This document shows positions 18,814 through 28,209 of a stretch of 64,000 nucleotides of DNA, piece by piece (the first letter of the stretch is position 1; every line of letters starts with the position of its first letter). The position numbers were made by a program, and so were the translations under genes. A model generated the notes under the pieces. The model saw only the letters and a list, made by a program, of their open reading frames with translations, was not told where the DNA came from and did not search any database. The stretch comes from Candidatus Undinarchaeales archaeon (GTDB lineage: Archaea; SpSt-1190; JASMDC01): the NCBI GenBank assembly GCA_030753015.1, contig JASMDC010000004.1:84046-148045 (forward strand), in the 5' to 3' direction.

Positions 18814-21371
18814 CCCATCACCTCCTCGCCCAGTTCCCGGCCCTCGGCCATGAGGAGGAGCTCGGGATGTCCCCGCAGGTCGGCGATGGAGCCCAGACCC
18901 AGACCGAGGCAGATGGCCCGCAGCTGTGCCTCCCAGGAGCGCCGGAGGTTGACGATGCGCTGGCGACCCCACTGCGGATCTATGAGCGCCGCGCGCCGGG
19001 GATCAGTGGTGGTGATGCCCAGCGGGCACCCCCAGTCCTTCTCACAGCTCCCCAAGCGCTCGCAGCCCAGCGCCACGAGGTCCGCTGTCCCGACCATGGC
19101 CCCGTCGGCGCCCAGTGCCACAGCCTTGGCTATGTCGAACGCCGTCCGTACCCCGCCCGAGGCGATGAGCACCACCTCGTCGCGAACGCCCTCCGACTGC
19201 AGGAAGTCGTGTACCTTGGGGATGGCGTACTCCACGGGCATGGCGATGTTCTTCTTGCTCACCTCAGGGGCGGCGCCGGTGCCGCCGTAGGAGCCGTCGA
19301 GGTTGATGACGTTGCTCCCGGCGTGGTAGCTGCCCACCGCCACCATGTCGACGTCGGTGGGGGTGGACACCTTGGTGATGACCAGGGCGTCGGGATTGAT
19401 GGACCTGATCCAGTCGATGTGCTTCTTGTGGTCCTCCACCGAGTACACCGAGTGGAAGGGGAAGGGGGAGAACAGGGAGATGCCGGGGACCGAGCCCCGG
19501 GCGATGGCCACGGCCTTGGACACCTTCTCGGCGAGGAGGTGGCCGCCCAGCCCGGGCTTGGCACCCTGGGCGTACTTGAACTCCACCACGGGCACGCTGG
19601 CGATGGTCTCCTCGCTCACCCCGAACAGCCCGGTCGCCACCTGGGTGATGACGTGATCGCGGTAGGGGACCAGCTCCCGGGGAAATCCGCCCTCGCCCGT
19701 GGACACCAGGCTCCCGGTGTCCGCCGATGCCATGGCGCGGGCGAGCATGACGTTGCTGGAGATGGAGCCGAAAGACATCCCGCCGCCGTACAGGGGCATG
19801 CGCAGGGTGTACTGGGGACCGTTGCTCCGACGGTTGAGGGGGAGGGCGAGATCCACCGACCGGTCGACGGTCCCGCGCTCCATGAGCGCATCAAGGTCCG
19901 TACCATCGGTCTCGAAGGGAAGGAAGAGGGCATCGAACCCGCCGCCAGAGCGACCGGCACGGTAGTCAATGGAGCTTGCCGGGGGATGGCCGGTCCGGGC
20001 CTGCTCGATGGTGGCGCGCAGGAGCTCAGGTGTCCAGCGCATATCGCCGATCAGGCCCTCGCGGAAGCCGCCGGCCCGGTCACGCAGGGGAGACCCGGCG
20101 GGGAGCCTCCCCGTCACCAGTTCCCTGAAGGCGGCCTCCTCGTGGGCGTAGAAGATGACGCGGCCCGTCTCCCCGCGCAGCCGTCGCACCTCCCGCATCC
20201 CCATGGCGCCCAGCACCTCCAGCAGCTGGTTGCGCCAGGCGGCCATGAGGTTGCAGATATGGGCGGCACCCTCTGTGGGTTCGACATCGCCGTGCTCCAC
20301 GGGACAGGGGTACCGGGTGTCGGCCCAGAGCATGCACCCGAGCGCCACCATGAGCGCGAGGTCCACGGTGACCGCGTCAGCGCCGCACGCCAGCGCCTTG
20401 GGCACGTGCTCGGCATCGGCGATCCCGCCGCTAAAAAGCACCGTCACGGCGTCTCGACTCTCTGCCTCCAGCAGCAGCCTGTGGAGCCGGTGAAGAGTGC
20501 GGCCGGCGAAGCGACCCGATCCGTCCCGGTCCCGGGCATGGTGGTCGGCGTTGAGGTGGATCCAGTCAAGCTCTACGCCACCAGCCACCAGGGCGGCGAG
20601 GGCGTCGGCAGCGCGGAGCGTGCACGGTGCCCGCACGCCCACTAAGGCGTCGGGAGCGAGGTCCCTGAGCACGCCAAGGAGATCGACGACCGTCTCCCTG
20701 TCCAGCTCGTCATTGTCCAGGCTGAGTTCGATGGCAGGGAGGCCCGCGGAAGCGAGCTCGTTCACACGCTCGACCTGGCTCGCCTCGATCCGGAGCACGA
20801 CCGAGTGACGGAACGGTTCACGGTCCTCCCCCCACTGGGACACGGGCACCACCGCCAGTGTCCCGACATCCTGTGCTGCACGCAGCACGGACAGGTGGGC
20901 GCCCCGGCCCGAGGTCGGGATGTTGGGGAGCTCGAAGAGCACGGGGAGTGGAAGGTCGATGTGGGGCGGCATCTCGGTGGCTACCCTGCCGTCGGGATGG
21001 AACCGGAGGAAGGACGGCGCCCGTCCGAGCTGAACGGTCGTCGAGATGTACTCGCGCCCGTGGATGCCGTCCCGGGTGGGCCGCACGATCTCGGACATGT
21101 CGAACCAGATGCTGTCGAAACCAACACCCGCGAACCGACCCCCATACCCAGCCCCGGAGATGGGGATGCGGCCGGTGACGGCCTGGTAATGGGTGCGGCT
21201 GAGCACTTGGGATGTCCAGTGGGGATCACCACCCCTGCCGATGTCGAAGGCAAGGCGTCCGAACCGTACGTAATCATCGACCTTCTGGAGGTGGAAACGG
21301 GTGGGCAGCCCCGTCGGCTCCACTTGCCGGACCGCTATGGTATACCTGCCCGAGCCTGCTGGGTTGACCAT
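18810..21371 (-). CDS. Glutamate synthase FMN-domain subunit with two tandem FMN-binding (GltB2-like) domains
   Basis: Domain 1: GFDSIWFDMSEIVRP..FSGGIADAEHVPKALACGADAV. Domain 2: GGMSFGS, TGEGG, QVATGLFGV, KYAQGAKPGLGGHL, SGGVR, CERLGSCEKDWGCPLGITT. Confidence 0.85.
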   Translation of the reverse strand: MVNPAGSGRYTIAVRQVEPTGLPTRFHLQKVDDYVRFGRLAFDIGRGGDPHWTSQVLSRTHYQAVTGRIPISGAGYGGRFAGVGFDSIWFDMSEIVRPTRDGIHGREYISTTVQLGRAPSFLRFHPDGRVATEMPPHIDLPLPVLFELPNIPTSGRGAHLSVLRAAQDVGTLAVVPVSQWGEDREPFRHSVVLRIEASQVERVNELASAGLPAIELSLDNDELDRETVVDLLGVLRDLAPDALVGVRAPCTLRAADALAALVAGGVELDWIHLNADHHARDRDGSGRFAGRTLHRLHRLLLEAESRDAVTVLFSGGIADAEHVPKALACGADAVTVDLALMVALGCMLWADTRYPCPVEHGDVEPTEGAAHICNLMAAWRNQLLEVLGAMGMREVRRLRGETGRVIFYAHEEAAFRELVTGRLPAGSPLRDRAGGFREGLIGDMRWTPELLRATIEQARTGHPPASSIDYRAGRSGGGFDALFLPFETDGTDLDALMERGTVDRSVDLALPLNRRSNGPQYTLRMPLYGGGMSFGSISSNVMLARAMASADTGSLVSTGEGGFPRELVPYRDHVITQVATGLFGVSEETIASVPVVEFKYAQGAKPGLGGHLLAEKVSKAVAIARGSVPGISLFSPFPFHSVYSVEDHKKHIDWIRSINPDALVITKVSTPTDVDMVAVGSYHAGSNVINLDGSYGGTGAAPEVSKKNIAMPVEYAIPKVHDFLQSEGVRDEVVLIASGGVRTAFDIAKAVALGADGAMVGTADLVALGCERLGSCEKDWGCPLGITTTDPRRAALIDPQWGRQRIVNLRRSWEAQLRAICLGLGLGSIADLRGHPELLLMAEGRELGEEVMG

Positions 21372-21524
21372 CTCGATGCCTTGCCGGGGTTGGCACTATG
21401 CCAATCTAATATACTGATATTGGACTCTAGATATATAACACTGAAAGAAAATAATAAAATTGGAAATAAATTTATAGTAATTAACGAAAATAATTAACAA
21501 AGTAGAAAAATCGAGGGAAATACC

Positions 21525-22025
21525 GTGCCACAGATTACGAAACATTCCATCGATGCCACGGACCTGCGCATCCTGGACCTCCTCATGGACGATGCCCGAC
21601 GCACCTACCGTCAACTTGCCGACGAGGTCGGTGTGTCACCGGTAACGGTGATGAAGCGCGTCCACAGCATGGAGCGCACGGGCGTCGTCCAGGGCTATAC
21701 TGCGCGGCTGGACTACCAGGCACTGGGATACGACATCCTGGCCATCATCCAGCTGCGGATCTCTAAGGGGAAGCTCCTGGAGGTGGAGAAGCGCATCGCC
21801 ACCCACAACGCCGTGTTCGCCGTGTACGACATCATCGGCCCCTTCGATGCACTGCTGCTGACGCGGTTCCGCACGACACCAGACATGGACCGGTTCCTTA
21901 AGACCATCCAGACCTACGATTTCGTGGAGCGGACCGAGACTATACTGGTGCTGAACACGATCAAGGACGAGCCGCTGCGGGTAGGGGAGGACCGGTCTCC
22001 CCCGCTGCCGCCGCGCCTGCCGTAG
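21525..22025 (+). CDS. Lrp/AsnC-family transcriptional regulator, divergent from the glt-etf operon
   Basis: IDATDLRILDLLMDDARRTYRQLA HTH and C-terminal RAM domain; AT-rich intergenic region 21400-21520. Confidence 0.92.
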   Translation: MPQITKHSIDATDLRILDLLMDDARRTYRQLADEVGVSPVTVMKRVHSMERTGVVQGYTARLDYQALGYDILAIIQLRISKGKLLEVEKRIATHNAVFAVYDIIGPFDALLLTRFRTTPDMDRFLKTIQTYDFVERTETILVLNTIKDEPLRVGEDRSPPLPPRLP

Positions 22026-22082
22026 CAGGGGGCCAGTGCTCCTGAGCGGTCTGCGTGACCCCCCAGGACCTGTGCGAGCCGT

Positions 22083-23144
22083 TCACGGGGGCCTGGCCAC
22101 GCGGTCCCCACTGAAGGCGACGATGTGCGCTGGGGCCGCCGTCACGCTGACCCTCGTTCCTCGCTCGACCAACAAGGTGGAGGGACGGCTGCTGTGCACC
22201 AGCTTCCCCGAGGCGAGGCTCAGGGTGTAGATGTTCTCCGAGCCCCTGAACTCCTGTCCTTCCACGACCGCTCCACCCTGGTCATCCACCGTGAACGTGA
22301 TGTCATCGGGCCTGATCATGAGCTGAACGTCCGATCCCTCCGCCAATCCCGCTTTGTTCGGGAACACACCCAGTTCGGTCTCGATGCCCTCCTTTTCCAC
22401 GAGGCCGTCGATGAAATCGGCCTGCCCCACGAAGTCTGCGACAAAGCGGGTGGATGGGAAATGATAGATCTCCTCCGGGGTTCCGACCTGCTCGGTCCGC
22501 CCAGCGTTCAGCACGGCCACGCAGTCGGCCATGGAGAAGGCCTCCGCCTGGTCGTGCGTCACCAGGATCGCGGTGGAGTGTGCCTTTTTCAGGATGTTCA
22601 GCACCTCGTCCCGCATCTGGGCACGCATGTCGGCATCGAGGTTGCTGAGAGGTTCATCCAGTAGTATGACCACCGGACAGGGGGCAAGCGCCCTGGCCAG
22701 GGCGACGCGTTGCTGCTGGCCGCCGGAGAGCTGGTGCGGATAGCGATCCCCCAATCCCTCCAGCCCGACGAACTCCAGCATGTTATCAACGATCTTCTCA
22801 CTCTTCTCCCTGTCGAACCCGGTCAGCCCATAGGCGATGTTGTCCTTCACCCTCAGGTGGGGGAACAGGGCGTAGCCCTGGAACACCATGCCGACATTCC
22901 GCCTATTGGGGGGGATGAACACCCCGCCGCCGGCGACGGGCTCACCGTCGATCAGTATCTCACCGCTGTCCGGTGTCTCCACTCCGGCGATCAGGCGGAG
23001 GGCCGTGGTCTTCCCGCATCCGCTGGGACCGAGGAAGGCAAATATCTCCCCCTTCTCCACCGTAAAGGACATGTCATCGATTGCCTTCACGTCGTCGTAG
23101 CTCTTGGCCACGTTCCTCAATTCGATTCTCGTCATAGATCCCAT
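22083..23144 (-). CDS. fbpC: Fe3+ ABC transporter ATP-binding protein
   Basis: GPSGCGKT, LSGGQQQRVALARAL, LLDEP, C-terminal TOBE domain. Confidence 0.88.
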   Translation of the reverse strand: MGSMTRIELRNVAKSYDDVKAIDDMSFTVEKGEIFAFLGPSGCGKTTALRLIAGVETPDSGEILIDGEPVAGGGVFIPPNRRNVGMVFQGYALFPHLRVKDNIAYGLTGFDREKSEKIVDNMLEFVGLEGLGDRYPHQLSGGQQQRVALARALAPCPVVILLDEPLSNLDADMRAQMRDEVLNILKKAHSTAILVTHDQAEAFSMADCVAVLNAGRTEQVGTPEEIYHFPSTRFVADFVGQADFIDGLVEKEGIETELGVFPNKAGLAEGSDVQLMIRPDDITFTVDDQGGAVVEGQEFRGSENIYTLSLASGKLVHSSRPSTLLVERGTRVSVTAAPAHIVAFSGDRVARPP

Positions 23145-23274
23145 CCCCCTCGTCCTCGGGACGTCACTTCAGGGCCCTCCTGCAAAGGTCCTTGCCGTAA
23201 CCCGATCGTGCATCGAGCGAGTCCAGCAGGGCCGTATGGAGGCCCACGTCGTCATCATAATCTCCATCACGGAT

Positions 23275-24882
23275 TCACCCGTTCTCATCGCTGCCCGGTT
23301 CCTGGGAGAGGATGATCATCATGGAGAGGGCCGAAACGCCCACCAATAGAAGTGCCGGGATCGCGGCACGTGCAAAGTAGACATCGTCCGTGGCTGACCA
23401 CACGCGGGTCGCCAGGGTGCTGAAGCCCGTGGGCGCCAGGAGGAGCGTCGCCGGGAGCTCCTTCATGGTAGTGAGGAACACAAGGGACGCGCCGGTGAGC
23501 AGGCCTGGGGAGATAAGGGGCAGGGTAACCGTACGCATGGCACGCCAGGGCGTGGCACCCAGGCTCCGGGCCGCCTCCTCCAGCTGGGGGCTCAACTGCA
23601 GGAGGGATGCGCGGATCGTGCCCACAGCCTGGGGGATGAACAGCACCACATAGGCGAAGATGAGCATGGCCGTGGACTGGTAGAGGGGCATGGCGTACGT
23701 TACGCCGAAGAACACCAGGGAGAGGGCGACCACGATGCCCGGTAGGGCGAATCCGATGTAGGTGCTCCGCTCCAGCAGGTTGCTGAGCAGTCCAGGGAAC
23801 CGCACCGAGAGCGAGGCTACGGGAATTGCTGCGAGCATGGCAACGAGGGCCGTCAGTCCGGAGACGTAGATGGAGTTCGCGGCGAGATGCCATACGGGAG
23901 TGAGCTGCTCCCCGGCGGAGAGCCCGCGCACAAGCCAATAGGTGATCACGCTCAGGGGCATCACCAGCGACAATCCCACGATTGTTGTGCAGAAGAGCAG
24001 GGCAGGCCAACGCCAGCGGCCCAGCTCGACAGTACCGGGGGATCTCCTGGAGCCTGTGCCGCTGGTGTAGTACCTGCCCCCGCTGCGGGCCAGGTATTCC
24101 AAGATGAGGAGAATTGCCGCTAGCCCGACCAGGGAGATGGAAAGAACGGCCGCCATGCTCCGATCGAAGCTGGACTGGTACTGGATGTAGATGACCCTGG
24201 TGAATGAGTCGAAGCGCATCAGGGAGGGCGTCCCGAAGTCTCTCAGGGTGTAGAGGGCCACCAACAGCCCACCCGCCGCGATGGAGGACTTGAGGAGGGG
24301 GAGGGTCACCCGAATGAAAGTCTGCCAGCGACCGTGCCCGAGGCTGCGCGAGGCCTCCTCGAGGGCCGGGTCGAGGGAAAGCAGGCTGGCACGCACGGTC
24401 AGGAGGACGTAGGGATAGCTGAAGAGGGTGAGCGACAGCAGCGCACCGGGCCATCCGTAGATGGACGGCAGCCGCTGTACACCGAGCAGCTCGAGCCATG
24501 TCTGGAGGATGCTCCCCTTGGGGCCGAGGGCGGCGATGATGGCGAAGCTCCCCACGTAGCTGGGGATAACCAGGGGGAGTGCCGTGGCCACCGACCAGAA
24601 CCGTCTTCCCGGGAGGTCCGTCCGCACCGTGAGGAAGGCAAGGGGCACGGCGATGAGGGTGGACGCAACGGTGACGGCGAGGGCAAGGAGTGCGCTGTTG
24701 ACAAAGACCCGGATCGTGCGGGGATGGAGGAGGAGATCCCAGACGCCATCCCCTACACCGGCCGTGCGGATGACCAGATAGGCGAGCGGGAACAGCATGG
24801 CAGAGGCGACGAGGATGGAGGCGAGGACCAGGGGAAGGGGGGGCCTGGGTGAGGGGATGAGGCGCGTCAGCAACGTCACCAT
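23275..24882 (-). CDS. fbpB: Fe3+ ABC transporter permease
   Basis: Two permease halves, each with an EAA motif (LEEASRSLG; LEEAARSLG). Confidence 0.88.
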   Translation of the reverse strand: MVTLLTRLIPSPRPPLPLVLASILVASAMLFPLAYLVIRTAGVGDGVWDLLLHPRTIRVFVNSALLALAVTVASTLIAVPLAFLTVRTDLPGRRFWSVATALPLVIPSYVGSFAIIAALGPKGSILQTWLELLGVQRLPSIYGWPGALLSLTLFSYPYVLLTVRASLLSLDPALEEASRSLGHGRWQTFIRVTLPLLKSSIAAGGLLVALYTLRDFGTPSLMRFDSFTRVIYIQYQSSFDRSMAAVLSISLVGLAAILLILEYLARSGGRYYTSGTGSRRSPGTVELGRWRWPALLFCTTIVGLSLVMPLSVITYWLVRGLSAGEQLTPVWHLAANSIYVSGLTALVAMLAAIPVASLSVRFPGLLSNLLERSTYIGFALPGIVVALSLVFFGVTYAMPLYQSTAMLIFAYVVLFIPQAVGTIRASLLQLSPQLEEAARSLGATPWRAMRTVTLPLISPGLLTGASLVFLTTMKELPATLLLAPTGFSTLATRVWSATDDVYFARAAIPALLLVGVSALSMMIILSQEPGSDENG

Positions 24883-25148
24883 CGGATCAGTCTCCAGATG
24901 TTACAGTGCATGTTTTATCGTTTCCCCTCCTTCGACGTGACTGGCGCTCATCCCGCGGGACGTGCCCCCCGCCGGAGGGTCGGGGCTCTCGTGCTTCACC
25001 CCTTTCGTCCGTGCGTTGCCGGCCTCGGACTCCGCGTGCATCCTCCACAGGCACGACCCGCCGCTCACATGGTCACCTCGGGAGGTCGGTTCCGGCAGCG
25101 GGCGGGAGTGGCGGCCCCCACCCACGCTTGCGGATCCCTGTCCTCCCG

Positions 25149-26234
25149 CTACAGGGCACCAACATCCTGAAGGAGCTTCAGCGTCCCCCTCAGATCGTCC
25201 AGGTCGCTCAGGTCGATGTCCGGCGAATTGATGTCCGAGAGGCGCTTCTGCGGTCCGAGCACGCTCGTTCCATTGACCAGCGGGTACTCGTAGGTCTGCG
25301 TGGCGTAGGAGGTCTGTGCTCCCTCGTTGAGCATGAACCCGATGAACCTCTCTGCAAGCGCTTGATCAGTTGAGGTGTCAACGATCCCCAGCCCCGCCAC
25401 GTTGATCATGGAGCCGGCGTCGCCCGTGGTGTAGTGGTGCGCTACGGGGAACCCGGGGTCCTCCGCTTGGAAGCGGTGGAGGTAGTAGTTGTTCACGAAG
25501 CCTACGTGGATCTCTCCGCGGCCAAGGGCCGCGACGATGGGTGAGTTCTTGGGGTAGACCTGGGGCTCGTTGGCTATGATCCCTGTCAACCACTCCCGCG
25601 CCTTCTCCTCGCCCTCGAGCACCCTGAAGGCGGTGATGAATGACTGGAAAGAGCCGTTTGTCGGCGCCCAGCCGATCTTACCACCGCCCCATTTCTCCTC
25701 GACGAACCCCCAGATGGAGTCGGGAAGCTCCTCCTTGCTCACCAGCTTCATGTTGTAGTCGACCGTCCTCGCCCTGCCGGAAATGCCGATCCATTTCCCC
25801 GAGCGGGAGCGAAATCGAGGCTCCACACGCTGCAAGAGCGCGTCGGAGAGTGTGGACAGGCGTCCCTCCTTGGAGAGTGCGCCGAGCGCCCCTGCGTCCT
25901 GAGCGAAGAAGAGGTCGGCAGGGCTGTTCTTTCCCTCCTCCAGGATCGTGGCGGTCAGCTCGGCCGTCTTGCCGTACCGAACCTCGGTCTTGATGCCTGT
26001 CTCCTCCTTGAACTTGTCGATCATAGGGCCGACAAGGCTCTCCCCGCGACCGGAATAGATTGTCAGTGTCGGCGGTTCGGCCGAGACGCTCCCGCCGGCC
26101 GGCCCCTGTTTCAGACAACCTGCGGTCGCGACGCCCAGTGCCGCCACGCCCAGGTATTTCACGAGTGTCCGCCTATTCATCACGGTGTAGCCGGGTTCAG
26201 GATTGTCGAGCGTTGGGGTGAACATGGTCATCAC
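25149..26234 (-). CDS. fbpA: Fe3+ ABC transporter substrate-binding lipoprotein (FbpA/FutA-like, Tat-lipobox signal)
   Basis: NRRTLVKY..VATAGC signal; IYSGR, EEGKNSPADLFFAQDAG, NNYY Fe-ligand Tyr pair. The true start may be MNRR at about 26180. Confidence 0.88.
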   Translation of the reverse strand: MMTMFTPTLDNPEPGYTVMNRRTLVKYLGVAALGVATAGCLKQGPAGGSVSAEPPTLTIYSGRGESLVGPMIDKFKEETGIKTEVRYGKTAELTATILEEGKNSPADLFFAQDAGALGALSKEGRLSTLSDALLQRVEPRFRSRSGKWIGISGRARTVDYNMKLVSKEELPDSIWGFVEEKWGGGKIGWAPTNGSFQSFITAFRVLEGEEKAREWLTGIIANEPQVYPKNSPIVAALGRGEIHVGFVNNYYLHRFQAEDPGFPVAHHYTTGDAGSMINVAGLGIVDTSTDQALAERFIGFMLNEGAQTSYATQTYEYPLVNGTSVLGPQKRLSDINSPDIDLSDLDDLRGTLKLLQDVGAL

Positions 26235-26246
26235 TTTTTTTGTAAA

Positions 26247-26261
26247 CCTAACATTGTTAGG
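26247..26261. promoter_or_regulatory. Inverted repeat CCTAACA-T-TGTTAGG upstream of fbpA; possible iron-responsive (DtxR-like) operator
   Basis: Perfect 7-1-7 inverted repeat with TTAGG/CCTAA half-sites, between an AT-rich TATA-like element (about 26268-26280) and the start codon. Confidence 0.45.
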
Positions 26262-26569
26262 CCCCCATATAATATTTAAACTTTTCGAACTTCATTAACC
26301 TCAAGCCCGCCCGAGTGCTGACAGGATATCTGCGGCGTCGCGTCGGCACCTCACGCATACAGCCTTGTCTCTCCAGCTCGTCAGGATCCAAGAACCTCAA
26401 CCACCAGCGGTATGGTCCTCCCCGACACCACGTCGGCGAGGAACGGATCACCCCCCGCTGCCGCCGCGCCTGCCGAACGCGTGCGCCGGTGCAGCGAGTA
26501 GGATCCCCCGAGGGTGAGCCCTAGTCGTCCCGTCAGACGCTGACGACATCCTTGACCGAGGGAACCCCC

Positions 26570-26870
26570 CTAGTCATAGGCCCATACGTACATGCCTTTC
26601 TGCTCCGCCTCGAACAGGTAGTGGAGCAGCATTGAGTCGTGGTCGTTGATGATCCTCAGCGTCTGGCCCGGCTCGAGCCGCTCCCTATTCCTCGAAGATC
26701 CTCTCGTGCCGTTAGAACGACAGCATGGGCTGCATGTGCAGCTCCACGGCGACCTCTCCGGGCCCTTGGTCCTCCGAGGTGAAGCAGCAGTAGCCAATCT
26801 TGTCGCAGTCCCTCTTGATCGTGTCCCACTCCTCGGGCGTGAGCACCTGGAGGGCGATCTGGTAGAGAGC
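26570..26870 (-). pseudogene. Degenerate duplicate of the 3' end of the DUF438/hemerythrin-DUF2249 gene
   Basis: LYQIALQVLTPEEWDTIKRDCDKIGYCCF...LEPGQTLRIINDHD is nearly identical to about 28257-28551, but has premature TAA/TAG codons and a frameshift. Confidence 0.87.
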
Positions 26871-26893
26871 GACATGACCAAGTGAACGCCAAT

Positions 26894-27712
26894 CTACGTC
26901 AGCTTCCTCCGGATGGCGTCGGCGATCCTCATGACGTGTCGGGACGCGGGGGCGTCCAGGTCCTCGGCGACGATGGGGTTCCCCGCATCGCCCGAGGTGC
27001 GCATCTCTAGCGAGAGGGGGATGGAGCCCAGATGGTCGATCCCGTACCGCTCTGCGGTCCTGGCCACGCCCCCCTCGCCGAAGATGTGGCTCTCGGTCAG
27101 GCAGTTGGGGCACACGAACCCAGCCATGTTCTCCACGAGCCCCAGCACGGGGACGTCGATCTGTCTGGCCATATTGATGGTCTTGCGCGAGTCCAGGAGG
27201 GCCACGTCCTGGGGGGTGGAGACGATGACGACACCGTCGAGGGGGATTGTCTGCATCACGGTCAGCGGCTCGTCGCCGGTGCCCGGTGGGAGGTCCACTA
27301 GGAGGATGTCCAGCTCCCCCCACGCGACATCCGAGAGGAACTGCCGCAGCACCCCCATTTTGAGGGGGCCCCGCCAGATGACGGGTGCGTCGTCCTCGTC
27401 GAGGAGGAAGGACATGGACATGGTGAGTATCCCTCCCTTGCTTACCACCGGGAATATCCCGGGGGGACCGGACGTCGCCCGCCGCCCCTGGACGCCCAGC
27501 ATCTTGGGGACGTTGGGGCCATGGATGTCTGCGTCCAGGACACCCACGCGCAATCCTTTCGCGGCGAATGCCGCGGCCAGGTTCACGGTGACCGAGGTCT
27601 TGCCCACGCCGCCCTTGCCGCTCATGACGGCGACCTTATACCTGATGTGGTCAAGCGTAAGACTGATCCTCTCGTTCTGCTCCTCCATCTCTTCCTTGTG
27701 TCCCATGGTCAT
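26894..27712 (-). CDS. Mrp/ApbC/NBP35 Fe-S cluster carrier ATPase
   Basis: SGKGGVGKT, DADIHGPN, PVIWRGP, DLPPGTGDE, ENM..FVCPNC. Confidence 0.93.
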   Translation of the reverse strand: MTMGHKEEMEEQNERISLTLDHIRYKVAVMSGKGGVGKTSVTVNLAAAFAAKGLRVGVLDADIHGPNVPKMLGVQGRRATSGPPGIFPVVSKGGILTMSMSFLLDEDDAPVIWRGPLKMGVLRQFLSDVAWGELDILLVDLPPGTGDEPLTVMQTIPLDGVVIVSTPQDVALLDSRKTINMARQIDVPVLGLVENMAGFVCPNCLTESHIFGEGGVARTAERYGIDHLGSIPLSLEMRTSGDAGNPIVAEDLDAPASRHVMRIADAIRRKLT

Positions 27713-27973
27713 GCCTCCATCCGTACATCCTGTTTTGTTTTCCGGGCCATTGTCCGGAAGAACGTCCTCCGGCCGAGCTCGGTCATATGCTTGATGCGCT
27801 CGAACCTCTCGCCGTGGTCCTCCCCCTCGGAGGCGGTCCCTCCGGGATCAGGATACGGCGCCATCATGTTGTGGTCGGGGCGGGGAGCCCATCAACTACC
27901 GCCGCGTCTGCCGCAGCAGGACGCCGACACAGTTGGAGGGGACCGCCAGAGGTATGTCTTGGAAAGAGCCCAG

Positions 27974-28195
27974 TCAGGCGCTCACGACCTCCGTGACGCC
28001 CGGCACCCGCTCCTTGAGCAGGCGCTCGATCCCCATCTTGAGCGTCATCATGCTCATCGGGCACCCAGCGCAGTGGCCCATGAGCCGTACCGTCACCACA
28101 CCATCGTCGCTGACGTCCAACAGCTCGACGTCGCCGCCGTCGGCCTGGAGCGCGGGCCTGATATCGTCCAATGCCTTTTCAATGTCATCTTTCAT
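27974..28195 (-). CDS. NifU/NfuA C-terminal domain Fe-S carrier
   Basis: IRPALQADGGDVEL..GHCAGCPMSMMTLKMGIE. Confidence 0.93.
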   Translation of the reverse strand: MKDDIEKALDDIRPALQADGGDVELLDVSDDGVVTVRLMGHCAGCPMSMMTLKMGIERLLKERVPGVTEVVSA

Positions 28196-28209
28196 GTGGT
28201 TTCACCTCG

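Larger units (their letters stand above)
21999..26475 (+). repeat. 24-bp exact direct repeat CCCCCGCTGCCGCCGCGCCTGCCG at 21999-22022 and 26452-26475, flanking the Fe-ABC operon
   Basis: Read directly; similarity extends about 18 bp further upstream (GTAGGGGAGGACCGGTCT vs GTCGGCGAGGAACGGATCA). Confidence 0.8.

Noticed and set aside
27709-27868. Short minus-strand ORF containing a Tat-like GRRTFF
   Set aside because: No hydrophobic helix follows the RR and there is no other support.
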